Source of the DNA: Candidatus Uhrbacteria bacterium
Lineage (GTDB): Bacteria; Patescibacteriota; Patescibacteriia; UBA9934
DNA length: 64,000 nucleotides
Assembly (NCBI GenBank): GCA_030688135.1
Contig: JAUYIW010000067.1
Coordinates: 23,982 to 87,981, forward strand
Direction of reading: 5' to 3'
Numbering within the stretch: position 1 is the first letter of the stretch; the number at the start of each line of letters is the position of its first letter. The notes below the pieces were generated by a model. The model ran no database searches. It worked only from the letters and a program-made list of their open reading frames with translations, and was not told the DNA's origin. The position numbers and the translations under genes were made by a program. This document shows positions 38,746 through 48,781 of the stretch, in pieces.

Positions 38746-39240
38746 CTACTGGCTACTATCTACTTCGCCACTTGGAAGCTCAGTTCGCTCAGCCTCGGGG
38801 ATAGCTAAGAAATCCGGTCTGACAACAGTGCCATCGACTTCAACCGGAAGATCATCATTTACAACAAAAATACCATCACCATTATCTGCATGCAAAAGTG
38901 CAATGTAGCGGTAACCTGGCAACATTTCTTCGGTGAGATTAATTTTTAAATTTTCGTAAACGCCAATGTCAAGATAATCTGAAGTTCCAACAATTGCTGC
39001 AGGAGCGCCTGCGCCACCAGTTGCGAGCGTTTCATGAATTGTAATAAATCCTGGGGCAACAAGCTCGGTACTTAGCATTACAAAATCAATCTGATCCTGA
39101 TCCTCTACTGTTATTGATCCGCCTCCAACGTCGATTGGCACGTAATCAAGCTGAGGTGCCTCTGGGGCAAACATAAAATAACTGCCAAGAGCTGCAACTA
39201 CTGCAACTACTGCGAGAAGTGTTAGTATATCTTTTTTCAT
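38746..39240 (-). CDS. membrane-anchored exported hypothetical protein
   Basis: N-terminal TM; GFITIH...LLHADNGDG.F. Confidence 0.7.
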   Translation of the reverse strand: MKKDILTLLAVVAVVAALGSYFMFAPEAPQLDYVPIDVGGGSITVEDQDQIDFVMLSTELVAPGFITIHETLATGGAGAPAAIVGTSDYLDIGVYENLKINLTEEMLPGYRYIALLHADNGDGIFVVNDDLPVEVDGTVVRPDFLAIPEAERTELPSGEVDSSQ

Positions 39241-39339
39241 AAATAATATTTGATTACCAAATCATACTATCACAAATTTGAACAAAGCGAAAATTGGCTA
39301 AAACTAGCCTAGTTATAATGGTCTAAATGGTCTAATCGT

Positions 39340-39368
39340 TTGACAGAACGGCAATTTTGTTCTATAGT
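39340..39368 (+). promoter_or_regulatory. sigma70-type promoter
   Basis: TTGACA-17-TATAGT, 151 nt upstream of ATG 39520. Confidence 0.65.
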
Positions 39369-39519
39369 ATGCCGTTAGTCTGTGCTTTCAGCACCCCACT
39401 TTCTTTTTGCCTATTTGGCTTAAATAAGCAGAAAGAAGGCGGGAACAAGCACTCATTTTCCTCTTTGCCGACGGTCGGTGAGGAGTGAGCCCTTTTGAAA
39501 AAGGGCGGGAGATAAACAG

Positions 39520-39996
39520 ATGAGTAAGTTCGAAGGTTCCCGTGCCATGGCGCACCTCCTGGATCAGCTCGGCGACGAGCGCTTCGCAGCTCTGATCGAC
39601 TCGGCCAACACCGGGAAGGTCAAGGAGCTCTGCGATGCCCTCGTGAGGAATACACCCTCTCTCCCGACGGAGATGACGATCAATGGCCGCACCTACGATA
39701 TCCTCGGCTTCCTGCGGGAAGACGAGACGTCGGTGCTCAACCACGAGATGATCACGCGCGCCAAGAACATGAACGCCCACCTCGGGGAGGACGACTGCGA
39801 GTACCTGCTGGACAACCAGCAGGATATCCCCGTGAGTTTGCGGCGCAAGGTCGTGTTCGTCTTCACCTACTGGCGTGGCTCCGGCGACTCCGAGGATGTC
39901 TGCTACGTCTTTTGGGACCACGTCGTCTGGTTTCGGAGCTGGGACAGGGGCTTCAGCATCTGGAGTGGCGACTATCGGGTGCTCCGTCGCAAGTAG
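39520..39996 (+). CDS. GC-rich hypothetical protein, candidate DGR variable (target) protein
   Basis: 158 aa; Trp-spaced C-terminal tail ...YVFWDHVVWFRSWDRGFSIWSGDYRVLRRK; 12-bp hairpin 8 nt after stop. Confidence 0.7.
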   Translation: MSKFEGSRAMAHLLDQLGDERFAALIDSANTGKVKELCDALVRNTPSLPTEMTINGRTYDILGFLREDETSVLNHEMITRAKNMNAHLGEDDCEYLLDNQQDIPVSLRRKVVFVFTYWRGSGDSEDVCYVFWDHVVWFRSWDRGFSIWSGDYRVLRRK

Positions 39997-40240
39997 TCCC
40001 TCGGGTCCTTGTGACCTTTGCCCTTGGCATTGGTCACAAGGACACCTGCCTGCCTGCCTGCCTGCCGGCTTGATTCCTTCCCGCCGTCAGGCGGGTCGGT
40101 ACCGCCGAGGAGGCTACCCTCATACACCCCGCACTGGATTCGTCCACGCGGGGTGTTTTATTTTATGTTACAATTCCATTCGGAAAGTAAATGTTTCAGT
40201 CACGGCTACAGTTTTGGGCGATTGAACCTACACACACCTT

Positions 40241-40379
40241 GTCAACGCTAGATGTTGGACTGTGCGTGCACAAAATACCAACACCTGGGGTTGGTAATGA
40301 TTAACAACGCTAGATGTTGGACTTTCTCATATGAGCCATATATTAAAGGATCCGGCTCTGTCAACGCTAGATGTTGGAG
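40241..40379. repeat. three copies of 20-bp palindrome (GT)CAACGCTAGATGTTGGA(C) with unique 42- and 37-nt spacers
   Basis: copies at 40241-40260, 40303-40322, 40360-40379, same orientation. Confidence 0.85.
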
Positions 40380-40488
40380 ACTCGTATAATCGAAATGGAA
40401 CAGACGTTATAATGCAATTGCATTAACACATAACAATCTGGGGGAATTTTTTTAAAAAAATATCTGAATAGCTACCTCATTAAGACCA

Positions 40489-40524
40489 AATCTAAAAGCC
40501 GGCTCACTTGCCGGCTTTTAGATT
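40489..40524 (-). terminator. terminator after map
   Basis: AATCTAAAAGCCGGC-TCACTT-GCCGGCTTTTAGATT. Confidence 0.7.
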
Positions 40525-40525
40525 G

Positions 40526-41308
40526 TTAAATTTTTATCTCAGGTTGTAGCGTTAATATCTCCGGTCCGTCTTCGCCGATAACAATCGTTACTTCATAGTG
40601 AGCCGCGTCTGATCCGTCAACGGTAGTAATTGTCCAGCCATCTTCCAATGTTTCAATATCGTCTGATCCGGTTGTAATCATTGGCTCAATAGCCAAACAC
40701 ATTCCAATTTTAATTTCCTGATCTGGGAATTTTTTTGTTCTGTAATTTGGAATATGAGGTTTTTCATGCACCTCATGCCCAACGCCATGCCCTACTAAGG
40801 CACGCACAATGCCATATTTTTTCAAATCGATTACATCTTCTACCGCCGCACCAATATCCGATATCATATTTCCAACTACTGCAGCATCGACGCCCACATA
40901 AAGCGCATCACGAGTTAAACGCATAAGTTCAAGCTTTTCTTTAGATACATTTCCAACCGGAACTGTAACAGCCATATCTACACACATATCTTCGTACCAA
41001 AGGCCAATATCTAGACCAACAATGTCTCCCTCTTCCAATGTTATATCTCGGCCACCAACACCATGAACAATCTCATTATTTCTTGAAATACAAAGAGTTG
41101 ATGGAAAAGGAGTACCTCCACCACTTCCAAATCCCTTAAATGAAGGCTTACCTCCACCCTCTAGAATCGCCTGCTCGGCAATAGAATCAAGTTCACGCAT
41201 AGTAACGCCAGGCTTTGTAGCATCAACCGCCGCTTGCAATGCACGTGACAGCAATGCGCCACCTTTGCGCATACTTTCGATTTCTTTAATTGTTTTTATA
41301 AGTGCCAT
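40526..41308 (-). CDS. map: methionine aminopeptidase type I
   Basis: FPSTLCIS.N..IVHG, GHGVG..VHE.P, AIEPM, AHYE.T. Confidence 0.96.
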   Translation of the reverse strand: MALIKTIKEIESMRKGGALLSRALQAAVDATKPGVTMRELDSIAEQAILEGGGKPSFKGFGSGGGTPFPSTLCISRNNEIVHGVGGRDITLEEGDIVGLDIGLWYEDMCVDMAVTVPVGNVSKEKLELMRLTRDALYVGVDAAVVGNMISDIGAAVEDVIDLKKYGIVRALVGHGVGHEVHEKPHIPNYRTKKFPDQEIKIGMCLAIEPMITTGSDDIETLEDGWTITTVDGSDAAHYEVTIVIGEDGPEILTLQPEIKI

Positions 41309-41367
41309 ATGATTTTGCTAGTTACCTACTGATGTACTAATTTTTACTGATATACAGATCGAGTAGC

Positions 41368-41925
41368 TTATTCAGAAAAACTGAGTGCTTCGTTTACTCG
41401 TTCAGAGATCTCCTCTATAGTTCCAATGCCATTTATAATCTTCGCAATCCCCTGCTTTTGATATTCGTCGATAATAGGAGTCGTGTCTTCTTCGTAAATC
41501 TCAAGTCTACGAGCAATTTTCTCCGACGTGTCATCAACTCGCTTTTCAATTTCTGCACGTTTCAAAAGCCGGCGCATAGATTCATCATTAGGCACATCGA
41601 TTACCAAGAGCGCCGAAGGCTGATCGAACTGCTTGTATACTTCATATTGCGCACGATTCCTTGGATAGCCATCAAGAATATAACCAATCTGAGCGTCAGG
41701 TTGATCTAAACGTTTTTTCAAAACTTGAAGTGCAACATTGTCTGGTACTAATTCACCCTGATCAATAGTTCTCTTAATCTCTAACCCTAATTCACTTTGA
41801 GATTCAGTTTCATTACGTAAAAGCTGACCCATCGAAAGCGCTGGAATATTTAATTTTTCCGCTAATATGTTCGCCTGTGTCCCCTTGCCACTACCCTGAG
41901 GGCCAAGGATTAGAATTTTGTGCAT
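41368..41925 (-). CDS. adk: adenylate kinase
   Basis: GPQGSGKGTQA, ILDGYPR, R.DD. Confidence 0.95.
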   Translation of the reverse strand: MHKILILGPQGSGKGTQANILAEKLNIPALSMGQLLRNETESQSELGLEIKRTIDQGELVPDNVALQVLKKRLDQPDAQIGYILDGYPRNRAQYEVYKQFDQPSALLVIDVPNDESMRRLLKRAEIEKRVDDTSEKIARRLEIYEEDTTPIIDEYQKQGIAKIINGIGTIEEISERVNEALSFSE

Positions 41926-42271
41926 AATTCCGTATGCTAAAGTTTATTATTTATCGCCTTGATTGCTTGTAGTGCAAAGTTTAATATCTGGCGACGTAGT
42001 GTATTGATATTTGATATTTGCCAACACTACTGCAGGTCACGTAGGAACAATCCCTTGTGATTGTCAGCTCGCTTATAGTACACCTTAAGGCAGATTTTTC
42101 AATAGTATTAAAACGAGCCTCTTCCGGCTCGCTGTTATTGCTAATTGTTCGTAGATCGACCTGATAACACAATCGATCGTTCGTCTTACGGCTATGCGTT
42201 CATTGCTCGCTCTGCTCGCGTTCGTCTATCCGTGACACTCCGTAAATCATCCGTGACAATCCGTGCCTTAT

Positions 42272-43537
42272 CTACATGTCGTATCGCCTCATAGTAACTT
42301 GAGACTCAACCTGTTTAACTATATCAATTACAACCGATACAATGATAAGAATTGCAGCACCACCAACGATTAAATTAGGACTTCCTGTAACTTCCTGCAC
42401 AATAAGAGGCAAAACGGCTATTGCGCCAAGGAATGCTGCACCAGTCAAAAGGATTCGATTCTTAACCCAGTTTAGATACTTTGCTGTTTGTGCACCAGGT
42501 CGAATACCAGGAATGAAACCACCCTGCTTCTGCAAATTCTCAGCAACATTTTCTGGTTTAAAAATCACGCCCGCGTAGAAGAAAGTAAAGACAAAGACAA
42601 GTGTGAAATACAAGATTGCGTAAAACGCACTATTCCCAAATGCCTGCAACACAAATTCCGCTACACTGCGAATGAATTCAGTTCTGGCGTTCACAAAAAA
42701 CTGTGCGACAAGTGGAGGAAATACAACAACAGAAATCGCAAAGATAATAGGAATCATTCCTCCCATATTAACTCGAATCGGTAAATGCGAAGTTACTTTA
42801 GTGCTAGTGACTCCCTGCACTCCACGTGCATACTGTACTGGAATATTACGCTGTCCTTCGTTTACCACTACCACCGTAACCACGGTTACAATTGAAAGTA
42901 TAACGAACAATACAATGTTAAAAAGGTCTGCCGATGTGTATGTGGCCAATGTTCTTTGTATAAAGCTAGGAAAACCAGAAACAATGCCCGCAAGAATTAA
43001 AATAGAAATACCGTTCCCAACATTACGCTCGGTAATAAGTTCACCAAGCCACATTAAGAAAATTGTTCCAGCAGCCATTGATATGAGCGCAGTTATCATT
43101 GTAAAACCGCTTACATCGAAGCCTCCAATCGCTCCTGCCTGTTGGCCAAACAATTTAATAAGTCCAAATCCCTGCACAAATGCAAGCGGAGCAGTAGCAT
43201 AACGAGTCCATTTGTTAATTTTTTGTCTTCCCTGCTCTTCTTTTTGCAATTCTTCAAACTGCGGGAATATCATTCCAAGAAGCTGAAAAATAATCGAGCT
43301 AGTAATGTACGGTGCAACGCCAAGTGCAACAATAGAAAAATTCTCAAGCGTACCACCTGAGAAAACATTCAAGAGTCCGAGAAATTGGTTTGAACCGAGC
43401 ATTGAAGAGATTCCAGATGCGTCAATTCCAGGTACGGTAATATGAGCTGCAACACGGAAAATCGTAAGGGTAAACAAAATGAAAAGCAAACTATTACGAA
43501 GCTCCTTTACTTTAAATATCCGCTTTAGCATCTCCAT
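42272..43537 (-). CDS. secY: preprotein translocase SecY
   Basis: FSIVALGVAPYITSSII, GNGISILI, FIPGIRPG. Confidence 0.97.
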   Translation of the reverse strand: MEMLKRIFKVKELRNSLLFILFTLTIFRVAAHITVPGIDASGISSMLGSNQFLGLLNVFSGGTLENFSIVALGVAPYITSSIIFQLLGMIFPQFEELQKEEQGRQKINKWTRYATAPLAFVQGFGLIKLFGQQAGAIGGFDVSGFTMITALISMAAGTIFLMWLGELITERNVGNGISILILAGIVSGFPSFIQRTLATYTSADLFNIVLFVILSIVTVVTVVVVNEGQRNIPVQYARGVQGVTSTKVTSHLPIRVNMGGMIPIIFAISVVVFPPLVAQFFVNARTEFIRSVAEFVLQAFGNSAFYAILYFTLVFVFTFFYAGVIFKPENVAENLQKQGGFIPGIRPGAQTAKYLNWVKNRILLTGAAFLGAIAVLPLIVQEVTGSPNLIVGGAAILIIVSVVIDIVKQVESQVTMRRYDM

Positions 43538-43549
43538 AATTTGAATATC

Positions 43550-43987
43550 CTATTTTGCTGAAACATTACCTCCAGCGGCTGTAATTTTTTCTACAGCTGA
43601 TTTTGAAACCTTACAACCCTTAACTTTAACTGCAATTCTTATTTCACCGTCTCCTAAAATCTTTACTCCATCCTTTTTTGATGCAATTAACTTTTTATCC
43701 AATAGTGTCTGTGGGCTTACTACATCATCCTTCTTAAATGCAGAATCAATACCTCCAAGGTTAACTACCGCTGGCTTGCCTGCTTGAGATTGAAACCCTC
43801 GCACCTTAGGAGTCGCAAGCATAAGCGAACGAAGCCCAAGACGCTTTAAACCGCCAACACCTGAACGAGACTTTTGTCCCTTATGTCCACGACCAGAAGT
43901 CTTACCACCAGTAAAACCACGCCCAAGGCGTTTCTTAGACTTCTTAGAACCTTCTGATGGTTTTAAATTATTTAGTGTTAATGGCAT
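43550..43987 (-). CDS. rplO: 50S ribosomal protein L15
   Basis: GRG...GKTSGRGHKGQKSRSG. Confidence 0.96.
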   Translation of the reverse strand: MPLTLNNLKPSEGSKKSKKRLGRGFTGGKTSGRGHKGQKSRSGVGGLKRLGLRSLMLATPKVRGFQSQAGKPAVVNLGGIDSAFKKDDVVSPQTLLDKKLIASKKDGVKILGDGEIRIAVKVKGCKVSKSAVEKITAAGGNVSAK

Positions 43988-44025
43988 ATATTTATATTAT
44001 CAATCTTTACAGTAAAACCATCAAC

Positions 44026-44607
44026 TTATTTATGATCGCTTACTGCGACTTCTTCCACAGCTTTTATGCTAACTGTCTTCACTTTTTTCGCACCCTCCTC
44101 ACCCTTCAAAGATCGCAACGCCACAAAAGTCGCTTTAGCATTATTTATTTTGCTGTCTGATCCTAAAATCTTTGAAACAGCATTTGGAACGCCAGCAAAT
44201 TCAAGTACCATTCGCACAGCTCCGCCAGACTTTAGTCCTGTACCTTCCGGAGCTGGTTTCAGCATTATCTCAGCTGCACCAAACTTACTAAGTATAGCAT
44301 GTGGAATAGTTCCGTTAATAAGTGGAACGGTTACAAGATTTTTCTTTGCCTGTTTAAAAGCCTTTTCTACAGAGGCTGCAACGTCTGCTCCTTTCGCAAT
44401 ACCCATTCCAACTCTACCTTTACGATCACCAATAATAAGACATGTTCGGAATCGCATGCGCTTTCCGCCTTTTGTGACACGCGTAACGCGAGCAAGCTCA
44501 AGAATACGTTGCTCAAATTCACGCTCTTCACGCTGTTTACCGCGGCGTCGAGGTCTTGCATTCTTTATGCTACCGCGTTTCTTTTTATCAGTGTTCTCTT
44601 CAAACAT
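44026..44607 (-). CDS. rpsE: 30S ribosomal protein S5
   Basis: RVTRVTKGGKRMRF, LKPAPEGTG. Confidence 0.96.
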   Translation of the reverse strand: MFEENTDKKKRGSIKNARPRRRGKQREEREFEQRILELARVTRVTKGGKRMRFRTCLIIGDRKGRVGMGIAKGADVAASVEKAFKQAKKNLVTVPLINGTIPHAILSKFGAAEIMLKPAPEGTGLKSGGAVRMVLEFAGVPNAVSKILGSDSKINNAKATFVALRSLKGEEGAKKVKTVSIKAVEEVAVSDHK

Positions 44608-44616
44608 ACAAATCAA

Positions 44617-44979
44617 TTAAAACTTCAAACCTCCCTCACGTGCTGCGTCTGCTAATGCTTTAACGCTGCCATGATACTTATAAGGACCTCTGTCAAAAAC
44701 TACTGATTCGATACCAGCTGATACGGCTGCCTTTGCAACTTCTGCCCCAACTAGTGCTGCTACTTCTACCGGCTTCTTGCCATCTACCTTAAGCTTAATG
44801 TCTGAAGCTGAAGCAAGAGTTTTTCCAGCAGCGTCATCTATAACCTGAACTGAAATATGCTTAAGAGATTTAGAAACCGAAAGACGTGGGCGCTCTGCAG
44901 TGCCTCGAATCTTAGCACGCGTTCGTCTTGCACGAAGCGTAGTTGTCTTTCTCTTTTTTTGTAATTTTTTTGCTTCCAT
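44617..44979 (-). CDS. rplR: 50S ribosomal protein L18
   Basis: RPRLSV.KS, VFDRG.YKYHG.V. Confidence 0.96.
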   Translation of the reverse strand: MEAKKLQKKRKTTTLRARRTRAKIRGTAERPRLSVSKSLKHISVQVIDDAAGKTLASASDIKLKVDGKKPVEVAALVGAEVAKAAVSAGIESVVFDRGPYKYHGSVKALADAAREGGLKF

Positions 44980-44984
44980 ACTTT

Positions 44985-45533
44985 TTAATCAGACTTAGCG
45001 GCCTTACCCACCTTGCGGCGAACCACTTCGTCAGTATAGCGGAATCCTTTACCCTTATAAGGTTCAGGTTTTTTTAGTCCTCGGATTTCTGCAGCGACAT
45101 GACCAACTAATGCAGTGTCTACTCCACTAATAGTAATAACGTTGCCTTCGACACTGGCGTTAATGCCATCAGGAATCTTAAACTCAACCTCGTGTGAAAA
45201 TCCTAGCTTCATAACAAGCTTTGAGCCCTGCAAGTTCATTCGAAAACCAACTCCATTTAGCTCCAATGCTTTTGACCAGCCCTCCGTAACACCATGAATC
45301 ATATTCGCTAAAAGTGCACGCATAGTCCCCCACATGGCAGCGTCTCCCTTAGGATCTTTAACGGTCACCTCTAGGAGATCTCCATTTTCACCGGTTTTCT
45401 TTTCAACCGTTGCACACTCATGCAGGACGAGTTCCAACTCGCCCTTAGGTCCCTTAACTTTTACAGTCTGGCCGTTAATTTCTACAGCAACACCGCTTGG
45501 GACTAATATGGATTTTTTTCCTATTCGTGACAT
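44985..45533 (-). CDS. rplF: 50S ribosomal protein L6
   Basis: [14 protein letters not shown]. Confidence 0.97.
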   Translation of the reverse strand: MSRIGKKSILVPSGVAVEINGQTVKVKGPKGELELVLHECATVEKKTGENGDLLEVTVKDPKGDAAMWGTMRALLANMIHGVTEGWSKALELNGVGFRMNLQGSKLVMKLGFSHEVEFKIPDGINASVEGNVITISGVDTALVGHVAAEIRGLKKPEPYKGKGFRYTDEVVRRKVGKAAKSD

Positions 45534-45678
45534 ATTATGTTAGATATTTGCTGCCTAGAAATTAGAGAATAGTTAATGTTGTGCTCAGAATTCTGTTTGA
45601 AAATAACACGCTTTTGCTACTTTCAGTTTCTACTATTTGTAACTAATCTCCATTCTCCAGACAGCTTCTTTCAATTCT

Positions 45679-46080
45679 TTAGAACACCTCGCAAATTACT
45701 TCACCACCCAGTCTTCGCTTCCTTGCGGCCACGTTTGTCATTAGACCGTTTGGAGTTGAAACAATAGTTAATCCAAATCCTGATCTTATAGTTCTCAAGT
45801 CGTCTGCGCTTGAATAAATTCTAGATCCGGGCTTACTGATTCTACGAACAGATGTAATCGCAGGCTCCTTACTTCTTGAATACTTCAAATGAATCCGAAG
45901 TGTCGGCTTTATAGCATTCTCTAGCTTCTCGGCCCTACTAACATAACCTTCTTGCTCTAAAATTTTCGCAATAGCGAACTTCATCTTAGAAAAAGGCATA
46001 TCAGCAACACCCTTCCGAATAACGGAAGCATTGCGAATGCGAGTTAACATGTCTGAAATTGGATCTGTCATCATATGCAT
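45679..46080 (-). CDS. rpsH: 30S ribosomal protein S8
   Basis: DPISDMLTRIRNA, ISKPG.RIY, GGEVIC. Confidence 0.97.
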   Translation of the reverse strand: MHMMTDPISDMLTRIRNASVIRKGVADMPFSKMKFAIAKILEQEGYVSRAEKLENAIKPTLRIHLKYSRSKEPAITSVRRISKPGSRIYSSADDLRTIRSGFGLTIVSTPNGLMTNVAARKRRLGGEVICEVF

Positions 46081-46179
46081 TAGAGATCGGCTGTTTGAAA
46101 ATTGGAAATTAGTAATGAGAAACTATCTTCAGCGATCTATTACTACTCTCTAATTTCCAAACAGCTCTTTTCTACATTT

Positions 46180-46365
46180 TTACCAGCTTGCTTTTTTTAT
46201 TCCGGGGATCTCACCCTTATTTGCTAATTCACGGAAACAAATACGGCACAGCCCAAACGCGCGCATAAAGAATCTGTTACGTCCGCAGTTCCAACATCTA
46301 TTCACCTTGCGGCTCATAAACTTTGGCTGCTTTTTTGACTTTGCAATTTGGTTCTTTGTTGCCAT
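46180..46365 (-). CDS. rpsN: 30S ribosomal protein S14 (zinc-binding type Z)
   Basis: RC..CGR...[12 protein letters not shown]. Confidence 0.95.
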   Translation of the reverse strand: MATKNQIAKSKKQPKFMSRKVNRCWNCGRNRFFMRAFGLCRICFRELANKGEIPGIKKASW

Positions 46366-46366
46366 A

Positions 46367-46912
46367 CTATTTCTCGTTTTTCTTAAATGGGAACTTTAGC
46401 GACTTAAACAGCGCCAAGCCTTCTTCCTTATTCTCTGCTGATGTCGTAATAGTTACTTGAAGGCCGTGAATCTTTTCGATTGCATCAACACTAATTTCTG
46501 GAAATGCAATATGCTCACGGAACCCGTAATTAAAGTTTCCTGCTGAATCAATCGCTGTTTCAGGGATTCCTCTAAAGTCACGAATTCGAGGGAAAACTAC
46601 ATTCACAAGCTTGCTAACAAAATCCCACATACGCTCACCTCGAAGCGTAACCATGGCTCCAACAACAAGTCCCTCACGAACTTTAAAGCCAGCAATAGAC
46701 TGTCGGGCTTTAGTTTCAACAGGCTTTTGTCCAGAAATACGCCCTAAAGTGTCTAGGATTGTTTCAATGAACTTTGGATCTTTCTTGCTACTTAGCCTGC
46801 TGTTTATCGTAACCTTGGTTATAGTTGGAGTATTCAAAAGACTCTTACGGCCAAGCTCTTCTTTAAGCGCCGGTGCAATACTTGTTTGAAATTGTTTTTT
46901 CAATTCGCTCAT
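46367..46912 (-). CDS. rplE: 50S ribosomal protein L5
   Basis: [26 protein letters not shown]. Confidence 0.97.
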   Translation of the reverse strand: MSELKKQFQTSIAPALKEELGRKSLLNTPTITKVTINSRLSSKKDPKFIETILDTLGRISGQKPVETKARQSIAGFKVREGLVVGAMVTLRGERMWDFVSKLVNVVFPRIRDFRGIPETAIDSAGNFNYGFREHIAFPEISVDAIEKIHGLQVTITTSAENKEEGLALFKSLKFPFKKNEK

Positions 46913-46913
46913 A

Positions 46914-47231
46914 CTATTCTAAATCTTCAAGACCTTTTTTAGTCTTAAGTATTCTAACTTTTGTCTTTTTTGAATCGCGCTCAATAAACTTATAAGCAAC
47001 ACGACCTTCGCCAGCCTTTCCAATAACTCGTACATTTGAAGCGTCTATTGGTGCAAAGTAATCAATACGTTGTCCAGCTGTGTTACCTCGTCGTTTTAGA
47101 TGTTTTACAGCCTTATTGATTTCTTCAATAACAACTTTATTGAGATTTGGAAAAACCTGCAGGACCTTTCCGGTCTTGCCTTTATCTTTACCTGCGGTAA
47201 CTCTTACATTGTCGCCAGTTTTAATCTTCAT
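46914..47231 (-). CDS. rplX: 50S ribosomal protein L24
   Basis: KIKTGDNV.V.AGKDKGK.G. Confidence 0.95.
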   Translation of the reverse strand: MKIKTGDNVRVTAGKDKGKTGKVLQVFPNLNKVVIEEINKAVKHLKRRGNTAGQRIDYFAPIDASNVRVIGKAGEGRVAYKFIERDSKKTKVRILKTKKGLEDLE

Positions 47232-47354
47232 ATTATATTACCAGGTTCCTACTGATGTACTGATAGCTACAGATTTACTAATTGGATTTAGCCGCTTGTC
47301 GATCTGTATATCTGTAATAATCTGTACATTAGTAGGGTCCTTGTTTTTCGCATG

Positions 47355-47726
47355 TTATAGCACCTCTGGTGCAAGAGAGATAATTTTAGTATATCCTAGG
47401 CCTCGTAATTCTCGTGCAACTGGGCCGAAGATTCGAGTTCCCTTCATGTCTTTGTTGCCCTTGTCGATAATTACTGCCGCATTTTCTCCAAATCTTATGT
47501 AAGAGCCGTCTGGTCTTCGGATTTCTTTTTTTGTACGTACGAGAACTGCATGCACGATGTCACTCTTCTTAACATTACTGTGCGGAACAGCCTCTTTTAC
47601 CACAGCTGTAACAACATCCCCAAGACAAGCATAACGCTTCTTATACCCACCGAGTACCCTAATAACCATAAGCCTCTTGGCTCCAGTATTATCCGCTACG
47701 TTTATCATTGATAGATGCTGTAACAT
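47355..47726 (-). CDS. rplN: 50S ribosomal protein L14
   Basis: [27 protein letters not shown]. Confidence 0.97.
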   Translation of the reverse strand: MLQHLSMINVADNTGAKRLMVIRVLGGYKKRYACLGDVVTAVVKEAVPHSNVKKSDIVHAVLVRTKKEIRRPDGSYIRFGENAAVIIDKGNKDMKGTRIFGPVARELRGLGYTKIISLAPEVL

Positions 47727-47734
47727 ATTTTATA

Positions 47735-47992
47735 TTAGTTCTCGATCTGTACTATCCTCCAGTGCTTATCTTTAGAAATTGGACGCGTTTCTTCAATAGT
47801 AACCTTATCGCCTATCTTTGCAGAATTCAGAGAATCATGCGCTTTAAACTTTTGACTTACAGTATAGCGCTTATTATATTTTGGATGAACCATAGCTCGC
47901 TGAACTCGAACAACGACGGTTTTGTCCATCTTATCTGATACTACCGTACCAATCAGGCGTCGGCGTTTTACATTGTTATTCTCTTCAGTCAT
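47735..47992 (-). CDS. rpsQ: 30S ribosomal protein S17
   Basis: [23 protein letters not shown]. Confidence 0.96.
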   Translation of the reverse strand: MTEENNNVKRRRLIGTVVSDKMDKTVVVRVQRAMVHPKYNKRYTVSQKFKAHDSLNSAKIGDKVTIEETRPISKDKHWRIVQIEN

Positions 47993-47999
47993 ACGATAA

Positions 48000-48209
48000 T
48001 TAGTTTTCAATCACTTTATCAGAGCCTTCTAACTGGCTAATCCTAGTCTCTATCCGTGCAATTAGCTTCTTTTTCTTCCTTACACTCCTCACATCCTTTA
48101 ACTGATTCACAGAAAGTTTCAACCTTAATTCATGCAAGCTTGAACGCTCTTCGCTAAGAATCTTCTTGAGCTCATTTGCGCTCTTTTTTTCAAGTTCTTT
48201 CCATTCCAT
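48000..48209 (-). CDS. rpmC: 50S ribosomal protein L29
   Basis: position and ELR...QL...R..KK.IARI.T pattern. Confidence 0.9.
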   Translation of the reverse strand: MEWKELEKKSANELKKILSEERSSLHELRLKLSVNQLKDVRSVRKKKKLIARIETRISQLEGSDKVIEN

Positions 48210-48346
48210 ACCCGGTTGAACAACTTTGAATTAGTGTATGATATTAAGCTTTTTTTAGTAATTGGTCAAGTACCGAGCATTTCGCTCTATACCATTTTGC
48301 AATGACAACCTATGAAAAGGCTTTCCAAGGTCGTACTGCTGGCATA

Positions 48347-48760
48347 CTACTGTCTGATGACAAACTTAGTTTTGGTTGGTAGCTTATGCGCAGCAAGTCT
48401 AAACGCCTCGCGAGCCAAATCTTCCGTAACTCCATCCATTTCAAACATTACTGTACCAGCTCTCACAGGTGTCATGTAGTAATCGACTCCTCCCTTACCT
48501 TTACCCATCGGAGCTTCAGCACCATGACTAGTGATTGGATGATCTGGGAAAATACGAATCCATATCTTACCGCCGCGCTTCACATGCCTTGTCATTGCGC
48601 GACGAGCTGCCTCGATTTGACGTGCGGTTACCCACGACTCTGTTATAGCCTTCAAGCCAAAGCTTCCGAAAGCAACTTCGGTCTTTTGCGAAGCCACACG
48701 ATCGCCTTTTGTGCGTCGCTTGTGCAACTTGCGGTATTTCATTTTCTTAGGCATCAACAT
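48347..48760 (-). CDS. rplP: 50S ribosomal protein L16
   Basis: [26 protein letters not shown]. Confidence 0.97.
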   Translation of the reverse strand: MLMPKKMKYRKLHKRRTKGDRVASQKTEVAFGSFGLKAITESWVTARQIEAARRAMTRHVKRGGKIWIRIFPDHPITSHGAEAPMGKGKGGVDYYMTPVRAGTVMFEMDGVTEDLAREAFRLAAHKLPTKTKFVIRQ

Positions 48761-48781
48761 ATGATCTTTTTCAAGTCGTGT

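Noticed and set aside
39388-39921. 177-aa minus-strand ORF
   Set aside because: Shadow of 39520-39996, which has a promoter, SD and terminator
40241-40379. Formal CRISPR array call
   Set aside because: Only three 20-bp repeats, no cas genes or leader, and an isolated copy at 5249; kept as a repeat
41981-42172. 63-aa ORF between secY and adk
   Set aside because: GTG start, no recognisable motif, composition not clearly coding
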